NCBI GenBank assembly: GCA_050952645.1
Contig: JBMNLI010000017.1
Span: forward strand, 70,164 to 134,163
Direction of reading: 5' to 3'
DNA: 64,000 nucleotides
Source: Bdellovibrionota bacterium
GTDB taxonomy: Bacteria; Bdellovibrionota_C; UBA2361; CAKMMH01
Shown here: positions 1-8,516 of the stretch, piece by piece
How the letters are laid out: every line of letters starts with the position of its first letter
Numbering within the stretch: position 1 is the first letter of the stretch
Made by a program: the position numbers and the translations under genes
The notes under the pieces: generated by a model
Database searches by the model: none
Seen by the model: only the letters and a program-made list of their open reading frames with translations
Told to the model about the DNA's origin: nothing

Positions 1-648
1 ACGAATACTAATAGTGCCAATACTAATAATGCTAATAATAATAATACTAATAATATAGCTACAAACCAAGTTTTAGGTGAGCAAAATTTTAAAGAAAACG
101 ATTGCATTAAAGAAAATAAGCAACTAGAGCTAGCAAATCAAAAAATAATAGAGCTTACTTCGGAACTAGAAAACAAGAAGAGGCAACTTATTTTAGTTGA
201 GACCGAGGTTGAAAGACTATCTGAAATTATCGAAAAAAGAAATCGAGCTCAGTTAGGAAGTGCTACTAATAATCGCCCGTCTACTACCACTCAAAGCATT
301 CCCGATAAACAAAAGCAGATAAGCGATATAAGAAAATCACTAAGTGAGATAGATGCAGAGAGAGCAGATATGCCGATAATAGTAGTAAATGTAAGCAAAG
401 CAAATTTAAGAGCAGGTCCTAGCTTAAGGGATTCCCCTTTACTAGAAGTATCTAAAGGAACTAGGCTAGTCGTTGAAACTAGGCAAGGCTCTTGGTATAG
501 GGTAATAGCTCCAAATGGAAAGCGTGCATGGGTTTCCTCGGATGTGGTCGATTTTGGCCCTACTTCAAGCTCTAGACCATCTTATACAACGAGAATAAAA
601 GGATATAACCAAGATGTTGAGGATAGGACGGAAAGTATATTTAGATAA
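1..648 (+). CDS. 5'-partial coiled-coil protein with C-terminal bacterial SH3 (SH3b) domain; the reading frame is open from the window start
   Basis: Frame 1 has no stop from nt 1 to 646-648. The N-terminal part has a heptad-like coiled coil (LELANQKIIELTSELENKKRQLILVETEVERLSEIIEKRN). The C-terminal part has SH3b-like motifs (GPSLRDSPLLEVSKGTRLVV..GSWYRV..GKRAWV). Confidence 0.5.
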   Translation, partial: TNTNSANTNNANNNNTNNIATNQVLGEQNFKENDCIKENKQLELANQKIIELTSELENKKRQLILVETEVERLSEIIEKRNRAQLGSATNNRPSTTTQSIPDKQKQISDIRKSLSEIDAERADMPIIVVNVSKANLRAGPSLRDSPLLEVSKGTRLVVETRQGSWYRVIAPNGKRAWVSSDVVDFGPTSSSRPSYTTRIKGYNQDVEDRTESIFR

Positions 649-1114
649 AATTATTTATATTTTCTTATTAGCCATATTTACTACTAACTATTCTTATAGT
701 TCGGAACCTTTCGTAAATCCCATAATGAGTGCAAGACTATCTTCTAATTACGGACTACGTATACATCCAATAAAAAAATATAGCTCTTCTCATAGGGGCA
801 TAGACTTAGCAGCTCCTATGGACTCTCCTATTAGAGCAGCACAAAAAGGCATAGTCGTTTTTGCAGATAGGTATGCAGGATATGGTAATTTAGTAGTTAT
901 TCGCCATAAAGACGGCTTAACTACCCATTATGGACATTGCTCTACGCTTTTAGTAGAACCGGGAACTTTCGTAAGGGCTGGTGCTATTATAGCTAGAATA
1001 GGTAGCACTGGAACTTCAACGGGGCCTCATTTACATTTTGAAACGAGAAAGAACGGCATCCCTTTAAATCCGCTAAAAGTTTTTCCCGATTTACTTACTC
1101 CTGCTAAAGGGTAA
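614..1114 (+). CDS. M23 (LytM-type) metallopeptidase with an N-terminal signal anchor
   Basis: HRGIDLAAP, YGNLVVIRH and GPHLHFE match the zinc-binding motifs of the M23 family. A hydrophobic N-terminus (IIYIFLLAIFTT) is present. The gene overlaps the upstream SH3b ORF by 35 nt in another frame. Confidence 0.7.
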   Translation: MLRIGRKVYLDKIIYIFLLAIFTTNYSYSSEPFVNPIMSARLSSNYGLRIHPIKKYSSSHRGIDLAAPMDSPIRAAQKGIVVFADRYAGYGNLVVIRHKDGLTTHYGHCSTLLVEPGTFVRAGAIIARIGSTGTSTGPHLHFETRKNGIPLNPLKVFPDLLTPAKG

Positions 1115-1119
1115 GTTTT

Positions 1120-1581
1120 GGTTCTTCACGTTTTAGGTGGGTTAGCTTAAAAGAAAATTGGAGCTAGCTTTAGCTAGCGGAGATTTTCTTTTGGGCTTCG
1201 TCGATAAGTGATACTAATTTTAAGATCTAAAACCCACCCTTAAACGTGAGGAAGCATTTTGGTTCTTCATGTTTTAGGTGGGTTAGAAAAATTGTTTTGG
1301 GGTTAGCTTAAAAGAAAATTGGAGCTAGCTTTAGCTAGTGGAGATTTTCTTTTGGGCTTCGTCGATAAGTGATACTAATTTTAAGATCTAAAACCCACCC
1401 TTAAACGTGAGGAAGCATTTTGGTTCTTCATGTTTTAGGTGGGTTAGAAAAATTGTTTTGGAGGTTAGCTTAAAAGAAAATTGGAGCTAGCTTTAGCTAG
1501 CGGAGATTTTCTTTTGGGCTTCGTCGATAAGATGGCACTAATTTTTTAGAATTTAAAACCACCCTAAAACGCACAAGAACG
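1120..1581. repeat. Tandem triplet of MITE-like palindromic repeat family A (units 1120-1255, 1261-1415, 1422-1581) between the convergent M23 and thrS genes
   Basis: Each unit is bounded by the imperfect inverted repeats ggttcttcacgttttaggtgggtt and aacccacccttaaacgtgaggaagc, with a conserved core (gcttaaaagaaaattggagctagctttagctag..ttttgggcttcgtcgataag). Units 2 and 3 carry a 20-bp insertion. The last unit's right inverted repeat is degenerate and contains the last five thrS codons (R-S-C-A-F) and its stop (cta at 1564-1566, read on the minus strand). Confidence 0.8.
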
Positions 1582-3312
1582 TTTTTTTATTTCTTCTTTT
1601 AATTTTACAATAAAATCTTCTAAAGGAATAGTTTCTTGTATTTCCTTTCCTCTTTCACGCACAGTTACGGAGTTTTCTTCTAGTTCCTTAGCGCCTAATA
1701 TAAGCGTGTATTGCACTCTTTTTGGGATACTAGCTCTAATCTTATATCCTATTTTTTCATTAGAAAAATCTTTTTCAATGTAAAATCCCTCATTTCTTAA
1801 AGCATCGTATACTTTTTGCCCATAATCGTTAAAACTTTCAGATACTGTAAGGATATTTACTTGACAAGGTGCAAGCCACAAAGGGAATTTCCCTTCACAG
1901 TTTTCTATAAGAATTCCTAAAAATCTTTCGACGGAGCCAAATAGGGCTCTATGAATCATTACAGGTCTATGTTTTTGATTATCTTCACCGACATAAGAGA
2001 TATCAAACCTTTCTGGCAAGCTCATATCTACTTGCACAGTTCCACATTGCCAGCTTCTTTGCAAAGTGTCTTTTAAATGAAACTCTAATTTAGGACCATA
2101 AAAAGCGCCTTCTCCCTTACTAATTTCAAACTTAAAATTATGTTTAGTAAGTGCATCTAAAAGTGCCTTTTCCGTGGTATCCCATATTTCATCGGAGCCT
2201 ATCCTATTTTCAGGTCTAGTAGCTAAATAAATTGAAACATCATTAAAACCAAAATCTTTATAAATATCTAAAATTAGTTTCGTTGTATCTATGCATTCTT
2301 TTTCTAGTTGCTCTAAAGTGCAAAAAATATGTGCATCATCTTGAGTAAACTCTCTTAAACGCATCAAACCTGCGAGCGTTCCGCTAGCTTCATATCTGTG
2401 AACTTTTCCAAACTCTGCCATTTTTAAAGGTAAATCTTTATAAGATTTTAATCCTTGTTTATATATAAGCACTCCGCCAGGGCAATTCATAGGCTTTATA
2501 CAAAACACTCTCCCATCTTGAGTAGTTCCTGAGTAATTATGAGCTCCGTATTTTTCCCAATGTCCCGAAGTTTCCCAAAGCACTCTATCCATTACAGATG
2601 GAGTTGCAACTTCTATATACCCATTTTCTTCCTGTCTTTTTCTCATATATTCTATAAGCGACCTAAATATTCTAAGGCCATTATTATGCCAGAAGATAGC
2701 CCCTGGAGCGTATTCGGGATCGAAATGAAATAGCCCCATTTCCTTTCCTATTTTTCTATGATCTCTTTTTTTAGCTTCTTCTAGCATAAATAAGTAAGCA
2801 TCTAAATCTTTCTGAGAGTGAAAAGCTACTCCGTAAATACGTGTAAGCATTTTATTGTTAGAATCCCCGTGCCAGTAGGCTCCAGCGACGCTCATAAGTT
2901 TAAAGGCTTTGATCTCTTGAGTGTTATCTACGTGAGGCCCTTGACATAAGTCTACGAAACTTTCACCAGTATAATAAAGAGACGCTTTCTCTCCTCTTTT
3001 TTCTATCTCATTTATCCAGTCTAGTTTATATTCATTATTTTTGAAAATTTCTCTAGCTTCATTTACAAATACTTCTTTTCTTATAATTTTATCTTTTCTT
3101 TCGATAATTTTTCTCATTTCTTTTTCGATTTTTTGCAAATCTTCTAAGCCTATCGACACGCCTTCTTCAAACTCGAAATCACCATAAAAGCCATCTTCCG
3201 TAGCAGGTCCCATAGCCATTTTAGTATTAGGATAAATTTTTAGTATCGCCTCTGATAACACGTGTTCGCAAGAGTGTCTAAGCGCCATAAGCTCATTATT
3301 TTTACTTTTCAT
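1564..3312 (-). CDS. thrS: threonine--tRNA ligase (ThrRS); the ORF begins in the editing domain (no TGS-like N1 domain visible)
   Basis: The editing-domain HSCEHVL motif, a class II catalytic core (FGKVHRYE, GLMRLREFTQDDAHIF, HRALFGSVERF) and a C-terminal anticodon-binding domain are present across 582 aa. Confidence 0.9.
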   Translation of the reverse strand: MKSKNNELMALRHSCEHVLSEAILKIYPNTKMAMGPATEDGFYGDFEFEEGVSIGLEDLQKIEKEMRKIIERKDKIIRKEVFVNEAREIFKNNEYKLDWINEIEKRGEKASLYYTGESFVDLCQGPHVDNTQEIKAFKLMSVAGAYWHGDSNNKMLTRIYGVAFHSQKDLDAYLFMLEEAKKRDHRKIGKEMGLFHFDPEYAPGAIFWHNNGLRIFRSLIEYMRKRQEENGYIEVATPSVMDRVLWETSGHWEKYGAHNYSGTTQDGRVFCIKPMNCPGGVLIYKQGLKSYKDLPLKMAEFGKVHRYEASGTLAGLMRLREFTQDDAHIFCTLEQLEKECIDTTKLILDIYKDFGFNDVSIYLATRPENRIGSDEIWDTTEKALLDALTKHNFKFEISKGEGAFYGPKLEFHLKDTLQRSWQCGTVQVDMSLPERFDISYVGEDNQKHRPVMIHRALFGSVERFLGILIENCEGKFPLWLAPCQVNILTVSESFNDYGQKVYDALRNEGFYIEKDFSNEKIGYKIRASIPKRVQYTLILGAKELEENSVTVRERGKEIQETIPLEDFIVKLKEEIKKRSCAF

Positions 3313-3537
3313 ACGAATATATGCTCCTAAATATATGCTCTAAAAAATATATGCTGTAAGAATTATTTTTTGACAAACAATCTTTATTTTACTACTTTAA
3401 AGACTTATATTGCAAGATAGAACAAAGACTAAAATTGTATAAATTAAACTAGACAGAAAAATTTATTTATCTAGAATCTATTTGTCTAGAATTTATTTAT
3501 ATTAAATAATTTTTTTGATAATGAGAGCTATTTTAAA

Positions 3538-3747
3538 ATGCGTAAATATAAAACTTATGATATAGAATTTAAGAAGGGTCTAGTTAAAATAGTTGAACAA
3601 GGCAAAACAATTAGTGAAGTAAGCAAAGAGTACAACATTGCCTGTTCTACATTAAAGGAGTGGGTTAAGCGCTACTCAACAATAAAAATAAATGGTGAAG
3701 AATTAACATTAGATAAGTTTAAGGAGATAACTTCAAAGACTATTTAA
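3538..3747 (+). pseudogene. Fragment of an IS3-family transposase OrfA (helix-turn-helix domain only)
   Basis: YDIEFKKGLVKIVEQGKTISEVSKEYNIACSTLKEWVKRY matches the IS3/IS150 OrfA helix-turn-helix pattern (E-F-K-x-x-x-V ... S-x-x-x-V-A-x-x-x-G-I-x-x-x-T-L-x-x-W-V-K). No OrfB/DDE domain follows. Short direct repeats (atatatgct x3, tctagaatNtattt x2) lie just upstream at 3320-3500. Confidence 0.45.
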
Positions 3748-3780
3748 CTTACGATTCACGCATTTATACTTAAGAATAAA

Positions 3781-3850
3781 AAACTTTAGGAAGTTAAAAA
3801 ATAAATTAACTTAACCTATTTCTAGCCTTATCTTCTACCCGATATATATA
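3781..3850. repeat. 70-bp dispersed repeat, copy 1 (family C)
   Basis: aaactttaggaagttaaaaaataaattaacttaacctatttctagccttatcttctacccgata aligns with the copy at 6583-6660 (aaaaatttaggaaatttaag...ttaccttaacctaatttattaagcctagtcttctaccctgata). Confidence 0.6.
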
Positions 3851-4214
3851 TAAACATTTAAGTATTACACTTAATATTTAGCTAAAAAATTATTTTTTAA
3901 TTTCTTAACTAAGTACTAAATAATAGCTTTTAAACGATTTATAAACAAACTATAATATTGAAATATTATTTATTGTTAGCGAATTGTCAAATTAAACTAG
4001 ATTCTTAAAATTATAAGAAATGATAAAACTTTTAAATTAAGAAAACAAATTATTATAGAAAGAGAGAAGATAAAACTTAAGGCAGGTAGCCACAAACCCT
4101 ATTCTCTCTCTTTACTTATATCGACTTATACCGTGGCGCTTACGCTTGGGCAATTAGGCGAAGTCGTACTTGTCCCCGTCTCGTCGTCTAGCGAAGTCGG
4201 CAATCGGCAAAGGG

Positions 4215-4448
4215 CTAGACGAAAACACGCACCGCTTGTTCACTTGCTGCGAGCAAAGCGGCAATCTGAGGATCATCTAAATTATGCCCATGCTTGCCTG
4301 GAACCAGAGAACTAAGCGAAACCTCCAATCGGTTAGGCGGCTCGTCGCAAGGACTGGAAAGCACTTCCAAAATTTTCAAACTATTTTCGTTGCCTTCCAA
4401 TAATTTTGCCAATTCTGCAGGCGGCAGCTTGTCAACGTTTGTATCCAT
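4215..4448 (-). CDS. small acidic hypothetical protein (77 aa from the Shine-Dalgarno-preceded ATG) encoded in a roughly 50% GC island
   Basis: On the minus strand, aggag lies 7 nt upstream of the ATG at 4448 (read on the minus strand). The product is MDTNVDKLPPAELAKLLEGNENSLKILEVLSSPCDEPPNRLEVSLSSLVPGKHGHNLDDPQIAALLAASEQAVRVFV. The region 4100-4480 is much more GC-rich than its flanks. The ORF track extends the frame to 4559, across the poly-C run. Confidence 0.4.
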   Translation of the reverse strand: MDTNVDKLPPAELAKLLEGNENSLKILEVLSSPCDEPPNRLEVSLSSLVPGKHGHNLDDPQIAALLAASEQAVRVFV

Positions 4449-4467
4449 ATCGATACTCCTGTCTAAT

Positions 4468-4476
4468 GGGGGGGGG
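4468..4476. repeat. G9 homopolymer (C9 on the coding strand), 14 nt upstream of the Shine-Dalgarno sequence of the 4215-4448 gene
   Basis: The sequence gtctaatgggggggggaattc was read directly. In the extended 4215-4559 frame the tract encodes PPP. Confidence 0.9.
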
Positions 4477-4874
4477 AATTCTTTTGCAAGGCACTTTAGG
4501 CACCTTGTAATATTGTTAACTATAGAAAAACTCAAAATACAAAATGAGTTCTTCCACAATAAACTTGATAGATTAAAACTTGATAGATTAAAAATAGCGA
4601 TATCTTACAAGCTTATTGTGGAAGAACCCTAAATTTTAAGTTTTTAGTATTAACAAAAGCTTCCCCTCTTTTAAGAACTTTGTCTAAAATAACGACACCC
4701 TAAAGACGATATAAGCATGCGAAAGTTTTAAAGTTAAACTAAAATCAAACCTTAAAGTAAACCTTTAAAAAGTTTTATCTTCTACTTAAGTATATAATCT
4801 TGTAAAGAATTAAATATACTTCAGTTTTTTTATTTAAAAAAGAGAAAAACTTCTAACATCTTTAAATTAAACTT

Positions 4875-5080
4875 AAACTTTCCCTTCTTTTACGTATAAA
4901 ATTTAATTTTAACTTTATAACCTACCCAAAATAATTTAAAAAAGCTAAGAAACACTCACATAAATTATCAAAAATAGCATACGTAAATACGTATGCACAA
5001 AGAAACAACAAATAACAAGTCTTTAAGCTCAAGTTTTAGCTCTTAAAAACATAGTATACGTAAAACAAGGGAAAATTTAG
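4875..5080. repeat. MITE-like element family B (about 206 bp) with terminal inverted repeats
   Basis: The left terminal inverted repeat is aaactttcccttcttttacgtata (4875-4898) and the right is tatacgtaaaacaagggaaaattt (5057-5080). The internal sequence is about 85% identical to the copy at 32538-32736 and contains an acgtaaatacgt palindrome. Confidence 0.75.
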
Positions 5081-5944
5081 GTAAAAAAATAGAAAAAGAA
5101 AAGAAAAGATTAAAGAAAAGAAATAAGAAAAAAATGGGAAAGAAGATAAGGCAAGGGAGATAACAATATCTCTAAATAAAAAACCTTCTCTTTGCTCTTC
5201 CCCATTTTTTTATTTTGACACCCTCTACCTTAAGTGATGACTCTTAAGAGTTATTCGTCGTCGTCGTCGTCTTTGTCGCCATAAAAATCAGATCTCCAAT
5301 CTTCTACGCTAGGGTATTTGTCATCAGACACATCGACGCCATATAAAGTTGATGGGGGACATAAAGTTGATTTGCTCGTTAGATTTCTCCTAATGTCGTT
5401 GTTGTTGTTTTTTAAGCCACTAACAAATAACAAAAGTTAGCTACGATAAATGTTCTTTTCTAGCTAGGCTAGAGTTAAAAGAAACATTCTTAGTAAACTC
5501 TAATATTTTAAAGCTTACTTAGAATGCTTCTTTTTTTATTAAAAACATATAGTTTAAAAAATGCAAACTTTTAAAAGGAAAAACACTAGAAATAAAAGTA
5601 ATGAAGCTATGAGCAAAGTAAATTTTAAAAAAAATTTTTACTCAAATGTTTTTTTTAAGGAAACTATATTTTTCGTAGGCTATAAAATCGTAAAATAAAA
5701 TTTAAGCAATCTTAAAAACATAAATATCAAAAATGATAATCAAAGACGATTAAAAAAGACGATTAAGGACGATTAAGTAAGAGAAATATTAAATAGAAAA
5801 AATATATTTAAAAAAACGGGAGAAGCACTAAGCATTTTTGCACGAGTGGCATATAACCTTTTTACTTCTCCCATTTTTTTTTATTCTTCTAGAGCAACTT
5901 TATTTAATTCATTATTTACCTGTCTTGCCACAGAACTATAAAAC

Positions 5945-6355
5945 TCACAATCTCCCGTTCGTGCTCCTGTTCGTGTCAAAATGGTATAACGCATCCGCCA
6001 GCTTCGCAAGTCTCCTCAAGAACAACGGATTGCCGTAGGCGACAAGGGAAACTTTGCCAGCATCACCTTCTGCAGCTTGAATAGATGCACCTGCATCACT
6101 GCCGTTTTTAGAAATTTCGCCTGCTTTGGTTTCAGAAACGTTACTAAGCAAATCTGAATCAGGGAATTCTTCAGGGAATTGTTTAGGGAATTCTTCAGGG
6201 GGTTCATTAGTGTTTTCATTAGAACCCACATTTGGCTCGTTTGCAACATTTGGAACGCTAGTAGTATAGTCGCTAATTGAAACACTCTCGCTACTACGCA
6301 TACTGTCGAAATGTTTAGCAAAGAAAGCGAAGATTTTACTAATTAGCTTTTTCAT
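5945..6355 (-). CDS. acidic hypothetical protein (136 aa); the 3' end is GC-rich
   Basis: aaggag lies 8 nt upstream of the ATG at 6355 (read on the minus strand). The sequence includes EPPEEFPKQFPEEFPDSD. No recognisable domain was found. Confidence 0.4.
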   Translation of the reverse strand: MKKLISKIFAFFAKHFDSMRSSESVSISDYTTSVPNVANEPNVGSNENTNEPPEEFPKQFPEEFPDSDLLSNVSETKAGEISKNGSDAGASIQAAEGDAGKVSLVAYGNPLFLRRLAKLADALYHFDTNRSTNGRL

Positions 6356-6582
6356 GAAATTCTCCTTTTGTTCTAGGAATTCTTTTTTAAATTTTCATAC
6401 AAATTATTGAATTTGTATAAAAGGAAACATCTTAAAATAAACTTTATGCATTTAAAAGCTTATTTTAAGATGCTTCCTTTCGTTAGTTTTTCATAAAAAT
6501 ACAAGACTTTGAAAATGCAAACTTAAAAAAAAATTAGCAAGAATATCTAAGAAAAATCTGCGTCTTAATTTTAAGGAATAAA

Positions 6583-6660
6583 AAATTTAGGAAATTTAAG
6601 TAAAAAAAAATTACCTTAACCTAATTTATTAAGCCTAGTCTTCTACCCTGATACAAATTA
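6583..6660. repeat. 70-bp dispersed repeat, copy 2 (family C)
   Basis: Pairs with 3781-3850. The shared core is cttaacctaWtt..agcctNKtcttctacccNgata. Confidence 0.6.
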
Positions 6661-6837
6661 GAGTGAAAAAGGAGAAATTAAACGACTCTCCCCTCTTCAA
6701 ACTAATTTATATATCTGTAATTAAACGAATAATGCTTCAATAACTTTATTAAAAAATCTTTAACTTACTCTAAATTAAAGCTTTCACAAATATAAATTAC
6801 TTTTAATATAGCTATGAACGTAAAAAAAAATCTTTCA

Positions 6838-6912
6838 CTAGTTCTTCGCTAAAGTCAATTTTCTTTTAAGCGAACTAAAAAAATTTCTTACCGCCTTAAA
6901 ACGCCCAAAAGA
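6838..6912. repeat. Degenerate short copy of family A, immediately 3' of rarA
   Basis: ctagttcttcgct..aaagtcaattttcttttaagcgaac..cttaccgccttaaaacgcccaaaag parallels the right half of family A seen at 48264-48345. It abuts the rarA stop (6921). Confidence 0.5.
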
Positions 6913-6920
6913 TAAACTCT

Positions 6921-8168
6921 TTAATCCTCATTAAGCCAAGACATTCTTTCCTTTATCACTTTCTCATACCCCCTACTAGATGGCTTATAAAACTCTTCTC
7001 CCTTTAATCTCTCTGGTAAATATTGCTCGTTTGGCACGTAAGCTTTCGGGAAATCATGCGGATATTTATAGTCTTTCGCATACCCTAAATCTTGCATAAG
7101 CTTCGTTGGAGCATTTATCAAATGAAGTGGCACCTTTTCATTTGGATATTTCTTAACCATCTCTAATGCCCGCCCCATCGCTAAATAACTCCTATTAGAT
7201 TTAGGAGCAGTAGCTAAATAAGTAATACATTGAGAAATAGGAATACGCCCTTCTGGCATACCAACCTTTTCAAACGCATGAAGCACTGAAACCGCTAACT
7301 CTAACGCCCTAGGGTCTGCATTGCCGATATCCTCCGATGCAAAAAGTATCATACGCCTAATTAAAAACCTAGGGTCTTCACCAGATTCTAAAATTCTAAA
7401 TCCCCAATATAACCCCCCCGATGGCGAAGAACCTCTTAGACTTTTTATAAACGCAGAAATTAAATTATAATGCTCATCGCCCTGCTTATCATAAATAAAA
7501 GATATCGCATTCTTTAAAAACCTTTTTACATCTTCTAAAGAAGAACCCTTAGTTTTACTAAAAGCTTCTACTAAATTTAAAAGCTTTCTAGCATCCCCTA
7601 ACGATGCATCTGCAAATAGACTTTTAGCTTCATCGCAAAGCTTAATTCCTAAATAATTTAAAGCATTATCTAAAACCTCAATCAAACTCGCCTTAGATAG
7701 ACTTTCAAGCTTTAATACCCTTACCCTAGAAAGCAAAGCAGAGTTAACTGAAAATGATGGATTCTCAGTAGTAGCCCCTATTAAAATTATAGTCCCATCT
7801 TCTACATGCGGTAAAAGTGCATCTTGCTGAGCCTTGTTAAACCTGTGTATCTCATCTATAAAAAGCACAGTCGTGCCATTGTAGCTTTTAGCCCTGTCTA
7901 CTATCTCCCTAATATCCTTTACCCCACCTAATACCGCAGAAAATGAGACGAAAGAGCAATTAAAAGTACTCCCTATAAGACGGGCAAGAGTAGTTTTCCC
8001 ACACCCTGGAGGTCCCCATAAAATAAGAGACGGAAGCACCCCTTGCCCTTTCTTTAACATTTCTAAAAATAAAGGATCGATACTCTCTAACCCCTTTATA
8101 TTCTCCCACGCATTCGGACGTAAAATATCGGCTAACGGCCTAGTTTTATTATTTAAAAAATTTGACAT
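6921..8168 (-). CDS. rarA: replication-associated recombination protein A (MgsA/RarA, AAA+ ATPase)
   Basis: Walker A (GPPGCGKTTLARL), Walker B (LFIDEIHRFNK) and the C-terminal MgsA helical/tetramerisation region (SALQKSIRGSDPDAAL-like: KSLRGSSPSGGLYW) are present across 415 aa. Confidence 0.9.
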   Translation of the reverse strand: MSNFLNNKTRPLADILRPNAWENIKGLESIDPLFLEMLKKGQGVLPSLILWGPPGCGKTTLARLIGSTFNCSFVSFSAVLGGVKDIREIVDRAKSYNGTTVLFIDEIHRFNKAQQDALLPHVEDGTIILIGATTENPSFSVNSALLSRVRVLKLESLSKASLIEVLDNALNYLGIKLCDEAKSLFADASLGDARKLLNLVEAFSKTKGSSLEDVKRFLKNAISFIYDKQGDEHYNLISAFIKSLRGSSPSGGLYWGFRILESGEDPRFLIRRMILFASEDIGNADPRALELAVSVLHAFEKVGMPEGRIPISQCITYLATAPKSNRSYLAMGRALEMVKKYPNEKVPLHLINAPTKLMQDLGYAKDYKYPHDFPKAYVPNEQYLPERLKGEEFYKPSSRGYEKVIKERMSWLNED

Positions 8169-8516
8169 ATTTTATTCACCTTTCTTTACTAGTCTCTTCT
8201 TTACTAGTTATTTCTTTACTAGTTTTTTTCACTAGTTTTTTCCCTACTTAACTTTTTAAAAAAATTATTTTTCTTTACAAGTTTTTTCCTTACTAGCTTC
8301 TTCTTTACTAATTTCTTAACTTTTACATTTATTTCTTTTACATTCTTTTTTACTCGTCTCTTATTTATTCGCTAATTACTCGCTAATTAAATTTTAGCTT
8401 TTTACATTTCTAATAAAACCTAATAACACATGCTAATAACACTTAAGTAGAAAACCTAAAAAGAAAATTTTTTTAACCCCCTAGAAAATAGACTTAAAGA
8501 ACAAAAGCTTTCTCTC

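Noticed and set aside
614-648. 35-nt overlap of the SH3b ORF and the M23 ORF as a frameshifted single EnvC-like gene
   Set aside because: The M23 ORF begins with its own hydrophobic signal-anchor segment, consistent with an independent secreted protein. This is left as two genes, although a fusion cannot be excluded.
1120-1581. Regularly spaced repeats that could be mistaken for a CRISPR array
   Set aside because: The units are about 150 bp and each contains its own inverted repeats. The inter-unit 'spacers' are only a few bases and are identical. No cas genes are present. It is a tandem palindromic element, not CRISPR.
2539-2733. 64-aa plus-strand ORF inside thrS
   Set aside because: Antisense to thrS. 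No ribosome-binding site.
4133-4315. 60-aa plus-strand ORF in the GC island
   Set aside because: It has no Shine-Dalgarno sequence. It overlaps the better-supported minus-strand gene. GC-rich DNA yields open frames on both strands by chance.
4100-4480. GC-rich island as a structured housekeeping RNA (tmRNA, RNase P RNA, SRP RNA)
   Set aside because: No tRNA-like T-arm with CCA-proximal acceptor was found. No RNase P P4 sequence (AGGAAAGUCCGG) was found. No SRP domain IV motif was found. A Shine-Dalgarno-preceded protein ORF explains the region better.
6016-6321. 101-aa minus-strand ORF overlapping 5945-6355
   Set aside because: It is an alternative frame of the same region. The 136-aa frame has the Shine-Dalgarno sequence and was preferred.
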